A stretch of 62,938 nucleotides of DNA from Candidatus Cloacimonadota bacterium. GTDB taxonomy: Bacteria > Cloacimonadota > Cloacimonadia > Cloacimonadales > WRIO01. The stretch covers positions 1 through 62,938 of the forward strand of contig JAKPKU010000237.1 of assembly GCA_029553545.1 (NCBI GenBank), read 5' to 3'. Each line of letters opens with the position of its first letter. Position 1 is the first letter of the stretch. Of the stretch, positions 28,254 through 38,917 are shown piece after piece. The notes under the pieces are model-generated. The model made no database searches. It worked only from the letters and a program-made list of their open reading frames with translations, and was not told the DNA's origin. Both the position numbers and the translations under genes were made by a program.

Positions 28254-29384
28254 TTAAAAGGATATGGACATTGATTCTTGTCCATTCTGTTTTTTAGGTT
28301 CTTGTAAGGAAATACGGTCGCCAGCCTTTAGCCCCTGCAAGATTTCTACTTTTTGTAAATCATTGATACCCAATTTCACTTGTACACTTTGCTTAATAGA
28401 GTCTTCTGTTGCAAAGTATACTATGTCATTGCCTTGTTCATCATTAAAGATTGCTCTAATTGGTATAGTTACAATTTTAGAGCGTTTTTCACCGTATATT
28501 GTAACATTGGCTGAAAGTCCTGGTTTTAATCGATTATCTTTTTGACTTATAACGATTTCTACAGGAAAGACTTTAACATTGTTTTCAGAAATAGCTTTTG
28601 CTGAGATCTTACTAATAAAGCCATTATAAGAGTCATATGGGAAGGCATCAATATGTATATCGCATTGTTGTTTCATCTTAATTTTTGCAATATCAACCTC
28701 ATTTATAGTGGTTTTGACGAGCATTTGAGTTATGTCTGCCACTTTAATTAAAACAGTTCCATCGCTATATGAACTATTACTTGAAGAAACCATCTCCCCC
28801 TCTTCTACATTGCGCTCTATAACAGTTCCTGAAGCTGTTGCGTACACTTTTGAGACATTATTTGAAGTATCAATTTCTTTTATTAAATTAAACTGGTCTA
28901 ATGTTATATTGTAGTCAAGCCTTGCCTTTTCGAGTTCATCTTTTGCATCATCAAATTCTTTTGTTGATACATAATCGCCACGGTGTAAAGTTTGTATGTT
29001 TTCAAAGTTATTTTCTGCATTTCTGAGCCGAATTTCAGCAACTTTAAGCTCATTTTTGATTGATGATATACTACGGGCTTGATTGTAATCAGGTTCTATA
29101 TCAGCTATTAAATCGCCAACTTTTACATAATCATTTTCATCAACATATAGTTTCAACACCTTGCCGCTAATTTTTGATTTAATTGCAATTTCTTTTATGG
29201 GTTGTATTTCACCAATTTCTTCTATTTTGATGGTTATTTCTCCCAGAGTAACTTCAAGAGTTTGTATTTTTTGAGTATCGACTACTTTATCTTTTTTCTT
29301 GGCAAAAACGAATATTAGAATAGCTACTATAATAATGATTATTATTGCCAATACGACCCATTTCTTTTTAGATTTTTTCTTCAT
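28254..29384 (-). CDS. MacA-like efflux periplasmic adaptor subunit
   Basis: N-terminal TM, ISGKV lipoyl motif, coiled-coil hairpin, INEVDI and LKPGLSA. Confidence 0.9.
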   Translation of the reverse strand: MKKKSKKKWVVLAIIIIIIVAILIFVFAKKKDKVVDTQKIQTLEVTLGEITIKIEEIGEIQPIKEIAIKSKISGKVLKLYVDENDYVKVGDLIADIEPDYNQARSISSIKNELKVAEIRLRNAENNFENIQTLHRGDYVSTKEFDDAKDELEKARLDYNITLDQFNLIKEIDTSNNVSKVYATASGTVIERNVEEGEMVSSSNSSYSDGTVLIKVADITQMLVKTTINEVDIAKIKMKQQCDIHIDAFPYDSYNGFISKISAKAISENNVKVFPVEIVISQKDNRLKPGLSANVTIYGEKRSKIVTIPIRAIFNDEQGNDIVYFATEDSIKQSVQVKLGINDLQKVEILQGLKAGDRISLQEPKKQNGQESMSISF

Positions 29385-29394
29385 TTGCCCTCCC

Positions 29395-30654
29395 CTACCA
29401 TCTATCTAATATTTTATTAGATTTGAGATAATTCAATTCTTGTTGCTTTTTTAAAAGTGTATAATATTTAGAATTCATGCTTAACTGTGCTTCGAGGTAT
29501 TGTATTCTTGATTTATCAAGATCAAGAATATTTATCAGACCCATTTCAAAACGCTTTTGTGCAATTTCTAAGTGAGTTGTTGATAATGCAAGCTTTTGCT
29601 TGTATATTTCATAGCTTTGTTTATAAATATTGAACTCATTAATTGATTGCTGGTATTTGACCTTTTGCTGGCTGGTAAGGTCTTTGTGGTTAATCTCTAA
29701 CATCTTACTTTGCTTTTTTTGTACACTATGCACTGACCCTTTATCTAAAAAGCTAAACAATGGGTATGAGAAATAGACCCCATAAGTATAAGAATCATCA
29801 TACTCTTTTGGTTTAAAAATAGGGTTAGCCTCTTTATCGGTAACCCCAACTCTATAAGCATAACCGAAATAGATATTTGGGTAGAGCGATAATTGGGAGG
29901 AAGTGATATTTAGTTTGTTTTGTTTTAACTTGTTTTCACTGATCTTGATTGCATTATTATCAGTAAAATCGTTTTCGATACTATCTGTATTTGATAATTC
30001 AATATCCTCAAATTCATATCCTAAATCCTCGGTATTGAGCATTTGAAATAAGTCTTGCCTTTTTGAATACAAAGTCTTCTCAAGCTCTAACAGATCGGTC
30101 ATTGCAGTCAGTGTATCTATTTGGCTGGCTTGTAAATCGTATATTGTCTTTTTATCGTTCAAATACTGAATGTTTATTTGTTCATATATCTTTTTTTGCA
30201 AGAGGAAGTTTTCATTAAGGATATTTATATTCTTTTGAGTCTGGAGTATATCTATAAATAGATAAAATACATTCAAAGCTATTTCTTTTTTCTTATCTTC
30301 AAATTCGAGTTTGCTATTAGTTTTTTCAAGTCGTGTTTTTTTAAAATTAAAATAAGTTGGATCATTTAAATAAATGTTTTTTGAAACAGACAAAGAGGAA
30401 TTATATTGCCGACCCATTGTCCCATCTTGCGCAGAGAGATTATAATCGGCATTTGGTAAGAAATCATATATTGCTGAATTATAGTTTTGATCTGTAATAT
30501 CTTTTTGAATTTGTTCAAGCTGCATACTATTTGAATTTTGTATTGCAATGCTTATTAAATCGACTAATTCATATTTCTCAGCAAACAGTGCATTTAGCCA
30601 GCCGACAGCTACTATGCACGCAATTATAAATACCTTTTTATGTGATTGATGCAT
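29395..30654 (-). CDS. TolC family outer membrane protein
   Basis: Signal peptide, twofold OEP repeat (FLP, LYP, RFEMG..NILDL), adjacent to the adaptor gene. Confidence 0.85.
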   Translation of the reverse strand: MHQSHKKVFIIACIVAVGWLNALFAEKYELVDLISIAIQNSNSMQLEQIQKDITDQNYNSAIYDFLPNADYNLSAQDGTMGRQYNSSLSVSKNIYLNDPTYFNFKKTRLEKTNSKLEFEDKKKEIALNVFYLFIDILQTQKNINILNENFLLQKKIYEQINIQYLNDKKTIYDLQASQIDTLTAMTDLLELEKTLYSKRQDLFQMLNTEDLGYEFEDIELSNTDSIENDFTDNNAIKISENKLKQNKLNITSSQLSLYPNIYFGYAYRVGVTDKEANPIFKPKEYDDSYTYGVYFSYPLFSFLDKGSVHSVQKKQSKMLEINHKDLTSQQKVKYQQSINEFNIYKQSYEIYKQKLALSTTHLEIAQKRFEMGLINILDLDKSRIQYLEAQLSMNSKYYTLLKKQQELNYLKSNKILDRW

Positions 30655-30706
30655 TATATCTCCTTTTTTATAATAATATATGCATTTTTTATGCCATGGC
30701 TAATAA

Positions 30707-32626
30707 TTAATTTAAGAAGTTCCAGCGTATTTGACCAGAAAACTGCATTAAGTTGATTTCTTCTGCTAAATAGCTTCCTTCATTGGTGATATTATGGGCT
30801 TTAATTGTAATGTCAAAAAGCTTTGTTATCTGTATTTTTGCAAAAATATCAGTAATAAAAGAACGTTCACTAATAGCAGTTTTAGTAATAACTTGATCTG
30901 CAAAATATGTATCAACGCCAAGAGTTACATAGTTGTCTCTATGAAAATCTCTCTTAATTGCGATTTGAGTTTTATTTAAAAACCTTGGTTCGTAGTGTAG
31001 GATATCAGTGTTTTGGTATTCAAGTAATTGTCTCATATTCAAAGTATATAAGCTATATGGTATAGAAATATTATTTTTAAGAGTGACAAATGCATAGCTT
31101 TCTTCTTGACTGTACATATTATCGTAGTAAAGAGTCTGGCTTTGCTTTCTATTGCCAATGACTATTTCTGAATTGCTCTGTGCCCAATTCATTGCAAGGT
31201 TAATGCCTATTTGATTTTTTACATTCTGATTAACAAAAAGGTTCTTGTTAAAGATAGAATTAAAACTGTTATTATAAAAAGAAACCCCAAGTGCATAGTG
31301 TTTCATAAAGGTAATGTCAGCTTTGGAACTTAACTGTTTCTCAGAATTTTTAGCATCGTATATGAATTCATTGTCAAAAGACAAGATGCCTTTATTAAAA
31401 TTATGATTAACTCCTAATAATGAATTTACTTCTTTATTATATGAGATAGAGTCTAAGTCGGTATTAAGATCTTTGGTGTAATACTGCCAAAATAGGTCGA
31501 ATTTGTTATTAAAAAGTGGTTTGGGTAGTTGTATGCCTAATAGATAAGATTTGCTCTGAAAATCGATTTTTTGCATAGAGCTAACACTCTGTTTTTCATG
31601 AACTTTGTTGTAACCCAAAAATAAGTTTTTATAAGAACCTAAAGCCCAAGATTCATAGCTTTTCTCATTTATTAAGTCTTCTATCCCATTAGCAAAATAG
31701 TAATTATTCAAGCGCTCTGAAGAATAATCATGGTCATGATTTTCATATCCAATATTTACATTAAAGCCGTTTCTTTTATAGGAAACGCTATTTCGCATGA
31801 TTGCTGCACTTTCATTAATCTGAGGGACTTCTCCCTGATAAGCAAGAAAACTGCTCTCAAACAATAAATTCTCTATGTTAAAAACATGGTTCTTTTCTGC
31901 TTTAACATTTGCAAAAGAAATGTTGTTCTCTGCCATTGCTAAATCAGCAGAAATCAGCATAACTTGCTCTGGATAGTTTTGAGTATGGATATTTGTGATA
32001 TTAATCTTATTTTCTTCAAAATGATATAAATTAATATTATTTTGATATAAAAGGTTAAGGTTTTTATTGTTATAATTACTTATAAAGCCATTTTTCTTAA
32101 TAATCTGATTATGATATAATAATCCTTTTGGATATACATTTACAGGGTAATAAAAGTTATTATAGTATGATTTATCCTTTTCTGCTATGTTTCGTTCTAT
32201 ATAATTTTCAATCTGTATTTTAAGTGTATCTGGATCAATACCTTTCTTTTTCATAAATAATTTATCAAAAATATTAGGTTGATTGTTTTCTATTTCGAAT
32301 ATCACTACCAGCTCTTCGGCTACTGTTTCTTTATTTTTATAAGCAGGTGTAAAAATGCTTTTATTCAGTGCGTCAATGATGTACATTGATATATCATTTG
32401 CGCTTTCAGGCATATGTAATATTTCAAAAGATCCGTCTTCCTTAATTAATAATTGAATTTCAACTATCTGCTTTTTAATTCGAAGGTTGTCTGGGAACTC
32501 TGGTTTAGCAAGTTTTATCACTTCTGCCTTAGATGAATCAGGAACGACTATGTAATTGTCTGCAAATAATAAAACATTGATACTTAGAAAAATAAAAACT
32601 AATAATTTGGTTAAAGATGTTTTCAT
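30707..32626 (-). CDS. Exported protein with TonB C-terminal-like domain fused to a probable outer-membrane beta-barrel
   Basis: Signal peptide, then KPEFP..VEIQLLIKEDGS..FTPAYKN (TonB_C pattern). The C-terminal two-thirds has alternating aromatic beta strands ending QIRWNFLN. Confidence 0.6.
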   Translation of the reverse strand: MKTSLTKLLVFIFLSINVLLFADNYIVVPDSSKAEVIKLAKPEFPDNLRIKKQIVEIQLLIKEDGSFEILHMPESANDISMYIIDALNKSIFTPAYKNKETVAEELVVIFEIENNQPNIFDKLFMKKKGIDPDTLKIQIENYIERNIAEKDKSYYNNFYYPVNVYPKGLLYHNQIIKKNGFISNYNNKNLNLLYQNNINLYHFEENKINITNIHTQNYPEQVMLISADLAMAENNISFANVKAEKNHVFNIENLLFESSFLAYQGEVPQINESAAIMRNSVSYKRNGFNVNIGYENHDHDYSSERLNNYYFANGIEDLINEKSYESWALGSYKNLFLGYNKVHEKQSVSSMQKIDFQSKSYLLGIQLPKPLFNNKFDLFWQYYTKDLNTDLDSISYNKEVNSLLGVNHNFNKGILSFDNEFIYDAKNSEKQLSSKADITFMKHYALGVSFYNNSFNSIFNKNLFVNQNVKNQIGINLAMNWAQSNSEIVIGNRKQSQTLYYDNMYSQEESYAFVTLKNNISIPYSLYTLNMRQLLEYQNTDILHYEPRFLNKTQIAIKRDFHRDNYVTLGVDTYFADQVITKTAISERSFITDIFAKIQITKLFDITIKAHNITNEGSYLAEEINLMQFSGQIRWNFLN

Positions 32627-32627
32627 T

Positions 32628-33608
32628 TTAGTCCTTAATCCAATTGTGCAATTTATACCAATTGTATGTAATAGATAAATTATCTAAGAGTTGTTTTCTG
32701 GGTTTAAATCCCAAAGTGTTAACAAGTTTAGAATTTGAACACAACCAGTTCTTGTGTTTAAATTCGGTTGCCTTTTGTTCATTAAAAATGGGTAGTTTTT
32801 TGTTTAATCTGCCAAGCATTTCTGTTATAGAACCTGACATTAACACTAAATAATCTGGTATAGAGAAAGATACTATTATTTTACCCATCGCCAAAGCTAA
32901 GTTATTTATAAAGCTTTTAATTGTATAAATGCGCCCGTCTGAGCAATAAAACACTTGTGAAAAAGCTTTTTCATTATTCATTGTAGTTTCAATTATTCTT
33001 ATGAAATCATCAATATAGATTAAGCTTATATACTTGTCATTTGTGCCTGGATGTAAGGCTATATGTTTATTAACGAGCTGGAAAAATGCTAAAAAGTCTT
33101 TATCCCCTGGTCCATAAATAGAAGCTGAGCGTAGTATTGTCCAATTCTTTTTACAAAACCTTTGAATATTCTTTTCAGCTAATAATTTTGATTTACCATA
33201 CCAGCTAACAGGTTGAGGTATATCAGTTTCTTTTACTGAGCTATTATCATCGCCAGGACCACCAGCAGCTTGACTACTTATGAAAATAAAATGCTCAAGC
33301 TTTTCTGATTGGTTGGCTATATGAACTAAATTACATGTTAAATCAACGTTATTTTTACATATCTCTTCAAATGACCGAGCTTTTGTTTGCGCTGCGCAAT
33401 GTACCATAATTTCAGTATTATCAATAAGGCTTTGAATTAATACCTTGTCGTGGTAATCAACACACTTTATTGTTACTTTTCCGTTAAGCAAAGCTGTGTT
33501 GGATCCCTCACGGACTAAACCAATTACATTATAGCCTTTTTGAGCTAAATAATTACAAAGTCGGCTACCAACAAAACCATTTGCACCGCTAACTAATACT
33601 CTTTTCAT
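32628..33608 (-). CDS. NAD-dependent epimerase/dehydratase (extended SDR)
   Basis: GANGFVG and YGKSK motifs. Confidence 0.9.
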   Translation of the reverse strand: MKRVLVSGANGFVGSRLCNYLAQKGYNVIGLVREGSNTALLNGKVTIKCVDYHDKVLIQSLIDNTEIMVHCAAQTKARSFEEICKNNVDLTCNLVHIANQSEKLEHFIFISSQAAGGPGDDNSSVKETDIPQPVSWYGKSKLLAEKNIQRFCKKNWTILRSASIYGPGDKDFLAFFQLVNKHIALHPGTNDKYISLIYIDDFIRIIETTMNNEKAFSQVFYCSDGRIYTIKSFINNLALAMGKIIVSFSIPDYLVLMSGSITEMLGRLNKKLPIFNEQKATEFKHKNWLCSNSKLVNTLGFKPRKQLLDNLSITYNWYKLHNWIKD

Positions 33609-33617
33609 ATAAAACCT

Positions 33618-35129
33618 TTATTTAGAAGCTTTGATTATTTGAGGGGTTATTTGTATTTTAATCTTACCATTAAGTTTGGTCTTTATATAGTCAACTACTA
33701 TTTCACGATCGAACTTTTGAGATATTGATAATTTCTTACCATTTAAAAACTCTGTATAAGAGTCTCCCCCATTTGCCAAATACGAATTAGTAAGTATTCT
33801 GTATGTTTTATTTGCTTCAATTACTTTGTTATTCAGTTTTATCTGCTCAATGCTCTTATTGGCATTGAGAGTTATTTTTATATTATTAGAAAAATGTAAG
33901 TACCCGCCAGTATTAACTTTTGTATTAATAGATTTTTCAACAATGTTTATTATATCAGCACCTCTTAATTCAAGTAAAACTGTGTAGTTATCGAATGGAA
34001 ACACATTGTAAATATCTTCTTTTTTAACATCGCCTTTATTTAGAAAATGTCTAACGCCACCTCCATTTGTCACACTAAAGTCAGGCTTTTCTTTTTCATA
34101 ATACCATAACATTGCTTGTACGCAGAGGCTTGCAAGTTCGTTTTCTTTCATACGAACAGTTTCTGTACCATAATACTTATCAGACTTTCCGATTATTTCT
34201 CCCATTAATTGTGTTGCTTCTTTTAAATAGGGCGACAGTAGATCGTGTAATACTTTATCATCTTTTTCTGTTGAAACGATACTTATAGGCTCCCAATTCA
34301 AAAAAGTAAGACCTTTATCAGAAATATCAAACTCAGCCTTGCCAATATGTGTACCCCAGCAATTCGCTTGTACAACAGGCACTTCTTTCTTTGTCTTTTC
34401 ATTTGTTACAAAAATAGGTTTTTCAAGGTATGTGTGACTATGCCCATCAATTACAAGGTCAATATTATCAACTAATCTCGCCAATCTTAATGAACCATAA
34501 TTGTCATCTTTATTTATGCCTAAATGAGTTAAGGCAATGATATAATCGACTTTATCTTTAATTAAATCTACTATTTGTTGTGCAACTTTTACTTCATCGA
34601 TTATCTGTAGCTCATTAGTGACAGCGATTGGTGCTGAGTATTCAATGGTAGTAGTAGTCAACCCAATTATTCCAATTTTAAGTCCATTCATCTCAATAAT
34701 TAAATATGGCTCAGCTAAATATGATCCATCTTTATTTAGAATATTAGCACATAAGAATGGGAATTTCGCCTCTATTTGTTGGTCTTTTAAGTTTTGTAGT
34801 GATTTATAGAACTCATGATTTCCTAAAGTCATTGCGTCATATTTTAGATAATTATATCCTAAGAAGTCAGGTGCTGCATTAAACAAGTTTGATTCAAATA
34901 ATCCATCATTAATATCACCACAATCTAATAGAATAACATTTTTATTTTCTTCTCTAATCTGATTAATAATTGTTGCACGTGCTGGTAATCCGCCTACCAT
35001 TATTTCGTTTTCTTTAAAACCAAAAGGCCTCCCGTGATGGTCATTTGTATGCAAAATAATTAACTTCTCTCCATAAATATTTAGCACAAGAACAAACAGT
35101 AATAATAAAACGATGTAATACTTTTTCAT
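33618..35129 (-). CDS. Bifunctional metallophosphatase / 5'-nucleotidase
   Basis: Signal peptide, TNDHH, DCGD, GNHEF, GHSH, NGGGVR and PFDN motifs. Confidence 0.92.
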   Translation of the reverse strand: MKKYYIVLLLLFVLVLNIYGEKLIILHTNDHHGRPFGFKENEIMVGGLPARATIINQIREENKNVILLDCGDINDGLFESNLFNAAPDFLGYNYLKYDAMTLGNHEFYKSLQNLKDQQIEAKFPFLCANILNKDGSYLAEPYLIIEMNGLKIGIIGLTTTTIEYSAPIAVTNELQIIDEVKVAQQIVDLIKDKVDYIIALTHLGINKDDNYGSLRLARLVDNIDLVIDGHSHTYLEKPIFVTNEKTKKEVPVVQANCWGTHIGKAEFDISDKGLTFLNWEPISIVSTEKDDKVLHDLLSPYLKEATQLMGEIIGKSDKYYGTETVRMKENELASLCVQAMLWYYEKEKPDFSVTNGGGVRHFLNKGDVKKEDIYNVFPFDNYTVLLELRGADIINIVEKSINTKVNTGGYLHFSNNIKITLNANKSIEQIKLNNKVIEANKTYRILTNSYLANGGDSYTEFLNGKKLSISQKFDREIVVDYIKTKLNGKIKIQITPQIIKASK

Positions 35130-35132
35130 TAA

Positions 35133-36752
35133 TCAATTCCTTTCAAAGTTTAAATATTTTATTTTCTCGCCAACACTAAATACGACGATTGCTGTAAAGA
35201 TTAAAAGTAAAGACATATTTGTAGCTGATGCAAATTGCCTTGCAGATATATATCGATAAATGCAAATAGGGATTGTTACAAACCTGTTTGCGAGCATTGA
35301 AGCAGAGCTTATTTCACCTAATGATATTGCAAAAGAAAAAGACAGAGCAGTTATTAAAGGCTTATAGATTAAAGGCAAAACGACTTTGATATATGTTTTT
35401 TTCATACCAGCACCAAGGCTTTGTGCAGAGTGTATCAAATTTATCCCAACACTATCAATAGCAGCAGATATGGAGCTATAACAAAAAGGTAAACAAATAA
35501 TGGACTGAGCTATTACTAACAGCATAAAAGGTTTGTGCATCGCTGACTTAAAAATAAATAAATAGCCTAAACTAAAAGTTATACCAGAAATGCCTAATGG
35601 CAATAGTATTAAGCTTTCGATTGCCTTTCTATATTTACAGTGTGATAATGAAACTCTAAATAAAAGGCTAATTACCAAGCTAATCAGTGCTACTAACGAG
35701 CCCAAGATGACACTATTTAAAATGGGCTGATATGTATAAGTACCGATATAAGGATCAAATTGAAAAAGCTTAGTTAAGAATAATAAAAATGTTTTAAATG
35801 AATATACAAATATTGACAGTAACGGTGAAATTATAAACACTAAGAAAAGAGATAATACTATTATTGATATTACTTTTAAACTGTTTATTTTTTTAAACAA
35901 AGGGGTACTAAGTTGTTTTGGTCCTTTTGTTAATCCAAGGACTCTTTCATTTTTCTTGGTAAAGATCGAGGATAATGTGAGCATTATCAATGAAATAAGA
36001 ACTTGAATACAGCTTAAAGCTATACCTTTTTCTGTTTCTAATAAGTGTTTAACAAAGATAAAAATATTTACTTCAATGGTAGTATATTTTATGTCTCCTA
36101 ATACTAAGACTATTCCAAATGACATAAAGCAATAAAGAAATATTAAAACAGAGACATTAATCAAGGCTGGCATAATACAAGGGATCGTGACTTTAAAAAA
36201 ACTAATAAACCTATTTGCTCCAAGTGTTCTTGATGAGATAATTAGATTAGAATTAAAGCTTTCTAAGGTATCGCTAAGCATTTTGACTAATAAGGGGACA
36301 TTATAAAAAACATGAGCCATTAGTATTGCTTTTAATGAATATAAGATCTGGATATTTAGATTAAAAAAAGATAATATCTTATTTACAAAACCTTGTTGCC
36401 CATAAAAAAGTATAAATCCCAGTGCAACACTGATCCCAGGCAATACAAAAGGAACCATCAATACTGCTCTAATCTTATCTTTAAATGGAAAGTCATAATA
36501 TGAAAATACTAAAGTAATTGGTAAACCAATTAATAGAGTAAAAAATAAGCTTAATATAGCTTGTTTAAAAGTAAAAAAGATAACTGAACGTTGCCAATTT
36601 TGTTGAAAAATATTAGTAAATACATCAAAGGTAAATGAACCATTTTGTATAAATGCTTTTTGTAGTATAAACAGAATAGGATAATAAAAAAATATCACTA
36701 AAAAGGCAAGAGGTAGTACTATAAGAAGGTTGTAATAATGGTAATTTCTCAT
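35133..36752 (-). CDS. Iron/thiamine ABC transporter permease (ThiP/FbpB type)
   Basis: Two permease repeats, PFVLP, AHVFYN, EAA-like loops (SRTLGA, AQSLGA) and SLGE. Confidence 0.85.
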   Translation of the reverse strand: MRNYHYYNLLIVLPLAFLVIFFYYPILFILQKAFIQNGSFTFDVFTNIFQQNWQRSVIFFTFKQAILSLFFTLLIGLPITLVFSYYDFPFKDKIRAVLMVPFVLPGISVALGFILFYGQQGFVNKILSFFNLNIQILYSLKAILMAHVFYNVPLLVKMLSDTLESFNSNLIISSRTLGANRFISFFKVTIPCIMPALINVSVLIFLYCFMSFGIVLVLGDIKYTTIEVNIFIFVKHLLETEKGIALSCIQVLISLIMLTLSSIFTKKNERVLGLTKGPKQLSTPLFKKINSLKVISIIVLSLFLVFIISPLLSIFVYSFKTFLLFLTKLFQFDPYIGTYTYQPILNSVILGSLVALISLVISLLFRVSLSHCKYRKAIESLILLPLGISGITFSLGYLFIFKSAMHKPFMLLVIAQSIICLPFCYSSISAAIDSVGINLIHSAQSLGAGMKKTYIKVVLPLIYKPLITALSFSFAISLGEISSASMLANRFVTIPICIYRYISARQFASATNMSLLLIFTAIVVFSVGEKIKYLNFERN

Positions 36753-37552
36753 TAGAAAAGTTTTATTTTTTTATCTTTAGGTTCGCTTACAAAACCTTCA
36801 ATAGGTTTTTCTGCGGTAATTGCATACCACTCTATCTTCTCCAATTCAGTTTCGTTTTGGTTACCAAGTTTTGATACTTTAAAGTTCTGATAGTTTAATC
36901 CTTCAATAATACCTTTAATTGTCTCAAAAGTAAATGGATAATATATTTCATAAAACTGCCTTTTACTGGCTATTTTATTATCTATCTCTTCAAAAATAAG
37001 ATAATTAAAAGTAATTGAACCACTTTTATTATAGTCCCAAACTTGCACATAATTGACTCGCCCTTTATCTCTAATGATTGGGTTAAACAAATAAAACCGC
37101 TGTTGTCTTTTGAGAATATTATCCCAATTTCGACTATCAATATAGAGAGTACCGCCAGGTCTCAGTACGCTATCCATCTGTTTGATTGTGTTTTCTAAAT
37201 CTTCATTCTTTGTATGAGCTAAAGAATTACCAGTGCACATAACACAATCGAAGTCTCTTTTCATGTTTTTAGACAATTCCTTATAATCAGACAGAATAAA
37301 CTGTGCAATCAAATTCTCTTTTGCAAAGTTAATTTTAGCTTTACGGATCATGTTTTGATTGATATCTGATCCTGTACATGAATATCCTAATTTAGCCATT
37401 GGTAACAACATTTTGCCTGTTCCGACAGAACAATCTAATATGTCTTGAAATTTCTTTTTAGCAAAAATCGACTTATAAAAAGACAAACATTCATCTTCAA
37501 AAGCTTCTGAGTAAAACAAATCATAAAGATCAGGAAAATCATAATATTTCAT
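36752..37552 (-). CDS. Class I SAM-dependent methyltransferase
   Basis: ILDCSVGTG, GNSLAH and LRPGG motifs. Confidence 0.9.
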   Translation of the reverse strand: MKYYDFPDLYDLFYSEAFEDECLSFYKSIFAKKKFQDILDCSVGTGKMLLPMAKLGYSCTGSDINQNMIRKAKINFAKENLIAQFILSDYKELSKNMKRDFDCVMCTGNSLAHTKNEDLENTIKQMDSVLRPGGTLYIDSRNWDNILKRQQRFYLFNPIIRDKGRVNYVQVWDYNKSGSITFNYLIFEEIDNKIASKRQFYEIYYPFTFETIKGIIEGLNYQNFKVSKLGNQNETELEKIEWYAITAEKPIEGFVSEPKDKKIKLF

Positions 37553-37574
37553 AACATAACCCTGTATTATATTT

Positions 37575-37603
37575 AATGGGGTCAGTGGCTAACTGACCCC
37601 ATT
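37575..37603 (-). terminator. Rho-independent terminator after the oxidoreductase operon
   Basis: AATGGGGTCAGT-GGCTA-ACTGACCCCATT perfect 12-bp stem, 16 nt past the stop. Confidence 0.75.
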
Positions 37604-37619
37604 TATTTATTGTAACTAA

Positions 37620-38156
37620 TTATCTTGCCAATTCCATACCTTTTTTAATTGCTTCAAGGTTTAATGCTAATAATTCTGCATTTCTATCTTTTAAAAAAGA
37701 TGTAAGGTGGTCAGCTAAAGTATCGTATTTGATAATATTGGTTTTCTCAATAATGATTCCAATAGCGATCATATTTAAAACTTTATCATCACCAATTTCT
37801 TTTGAAATCTTATTAAGAGGCGCAACAACATAATCAACGCCGTCTCTTTTTACAACATTTGGACAAAGATCTTCATTTACCACAATTAAACCATTAGCTT
37901 TAACTGAAGGTCCAAATTTATCCAATGATGGCTGGTTTAATGCAACCATTATATGAGGAAAAGAAACAACAGGAGAGGCGATTTCTGTATCAGAAACAAC
38001 AACAGATACGTTTGCAGTACCGCCGCGCATTTCTGGTCCGTATGATGGTAACCAAGATACATTTTTACCCTCGCTCATAGCTGATTGTGCGATAAATTTA
38101 CCGATTGCTAAAGCGCCTTGTCCACCAAAGCCTGAGAATATCATTTCAGATTTCAT
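37620..38156 (-). CDS. 2-oxoacid:ferredoxin oxidoreductase gamma subunit
   Basis: GFGGQG and SYGPEMRGG motifs. Confidence 0.93.
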   Translation of the reverse strand: MKSEMIFSGFGGQGALAIGKFIAQSAMSEGKNVSWLPSYGPEMRGGTANVSVVVSDTEIASPVVSFPHIMVALNQPSLDKFGPSVKANGLIVVNEDLCPNVVKRDGVDYVVAPLNKISKEIGDDKVLNMIAIGIIIEKTNIIKYDTLADHLTSFLKDRNAELLALNLEAIKKGMELAR

Positions 38157-38908
38157 TTTTGACCTCCTTCAGTCCCTTTATCTCTAAAGACACCTGGTTT
38201 GAAGAATGGAATCATGTTTTCTTTTGCCCATTGTTGTGATTTTACTGGATCTAATCCCCAGTTAGTTGGGCAAGTTGATACAAATTCTATAAATGTGAAT
38301 CCACGTCCTTCTTTATTGTAAGTCAATGCCTTTTGAACCGCTTTTTTAGCTTTGATAATTTCTGGCACGCTTAATAAAGATACTCTTTCAATATAATATG
38401 GTGCTTCAAGTGTATTAAGAAGCTCACAAACTCTTACAGGATAACCAATATCATTGGCATCACGTCCATATGGAGATGTAGTTGTTTTCATTCCAGGTAA
38501 TGTAGTTGGAGCCATTTGTCCACCAGTCATGCCGTAAATTGCATTGTTTACAAAGAAAACTGAAATATGTTCGCCACGATTTGCTGCATGAACAATTTCA
38601 GCGGTACCAATAGCTGCCAAGTCACCGTCGCCTTGATATGTAAAAACATTCATTTCTGGACGTGCTCTTTTCATACCAGTAGCAACAGCTGGTGCACGCC
38701 CGTGAGCTGCTTGAGCCATATCAAAGTCAAAGAATTTATATGCAAATACAGAGCAGCCAACTGGAGCCACACCTGTCATTTGATTTTTTAAGCCAAGTTC
38801 GTCAACGGTTTCTGCGATAAGTCTATGTGCTACACCATGCATACAGCCGGGACAATATGTAAAACTGACTTCACGTAGTGAATCAGGTCTTTTTGCTATA
38901 ATTGCCAT
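38153..38908 (-). CDS. 2-oxoacid:ferredoxin oxidoreductase beta (TPP-binding) subunit
   Basis: YCPGC, HGRA, GDGD, NNAIYGMTGGQ and CP motifs. Confidence 0.93.
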   Translation of the reverse strand: MAIIAKRPDSLREVSFTYCPGCMHGVAHRLIAETVDELGLKNQMTGVAPVGCSVFAYKFFDFDMAQAAHGRAPAVATGMKRARPEMNVFTYQGDGDLAAIGTAEIVHAANRGEHISVFFVNNAIYGMTGGQMAPTTLPGMKTTTSPYGRDANDIGYPVRVCELLNTLEAPYYIERVSLLSVPEIIKAKKAVQKALTYNKEGRGFTFIEFVSTCPTNWGLDPVKSQQWAKENMIPFFKPGVFRDKGTEGGQK

Positions 38909-38917
38909 GTACTTCTC

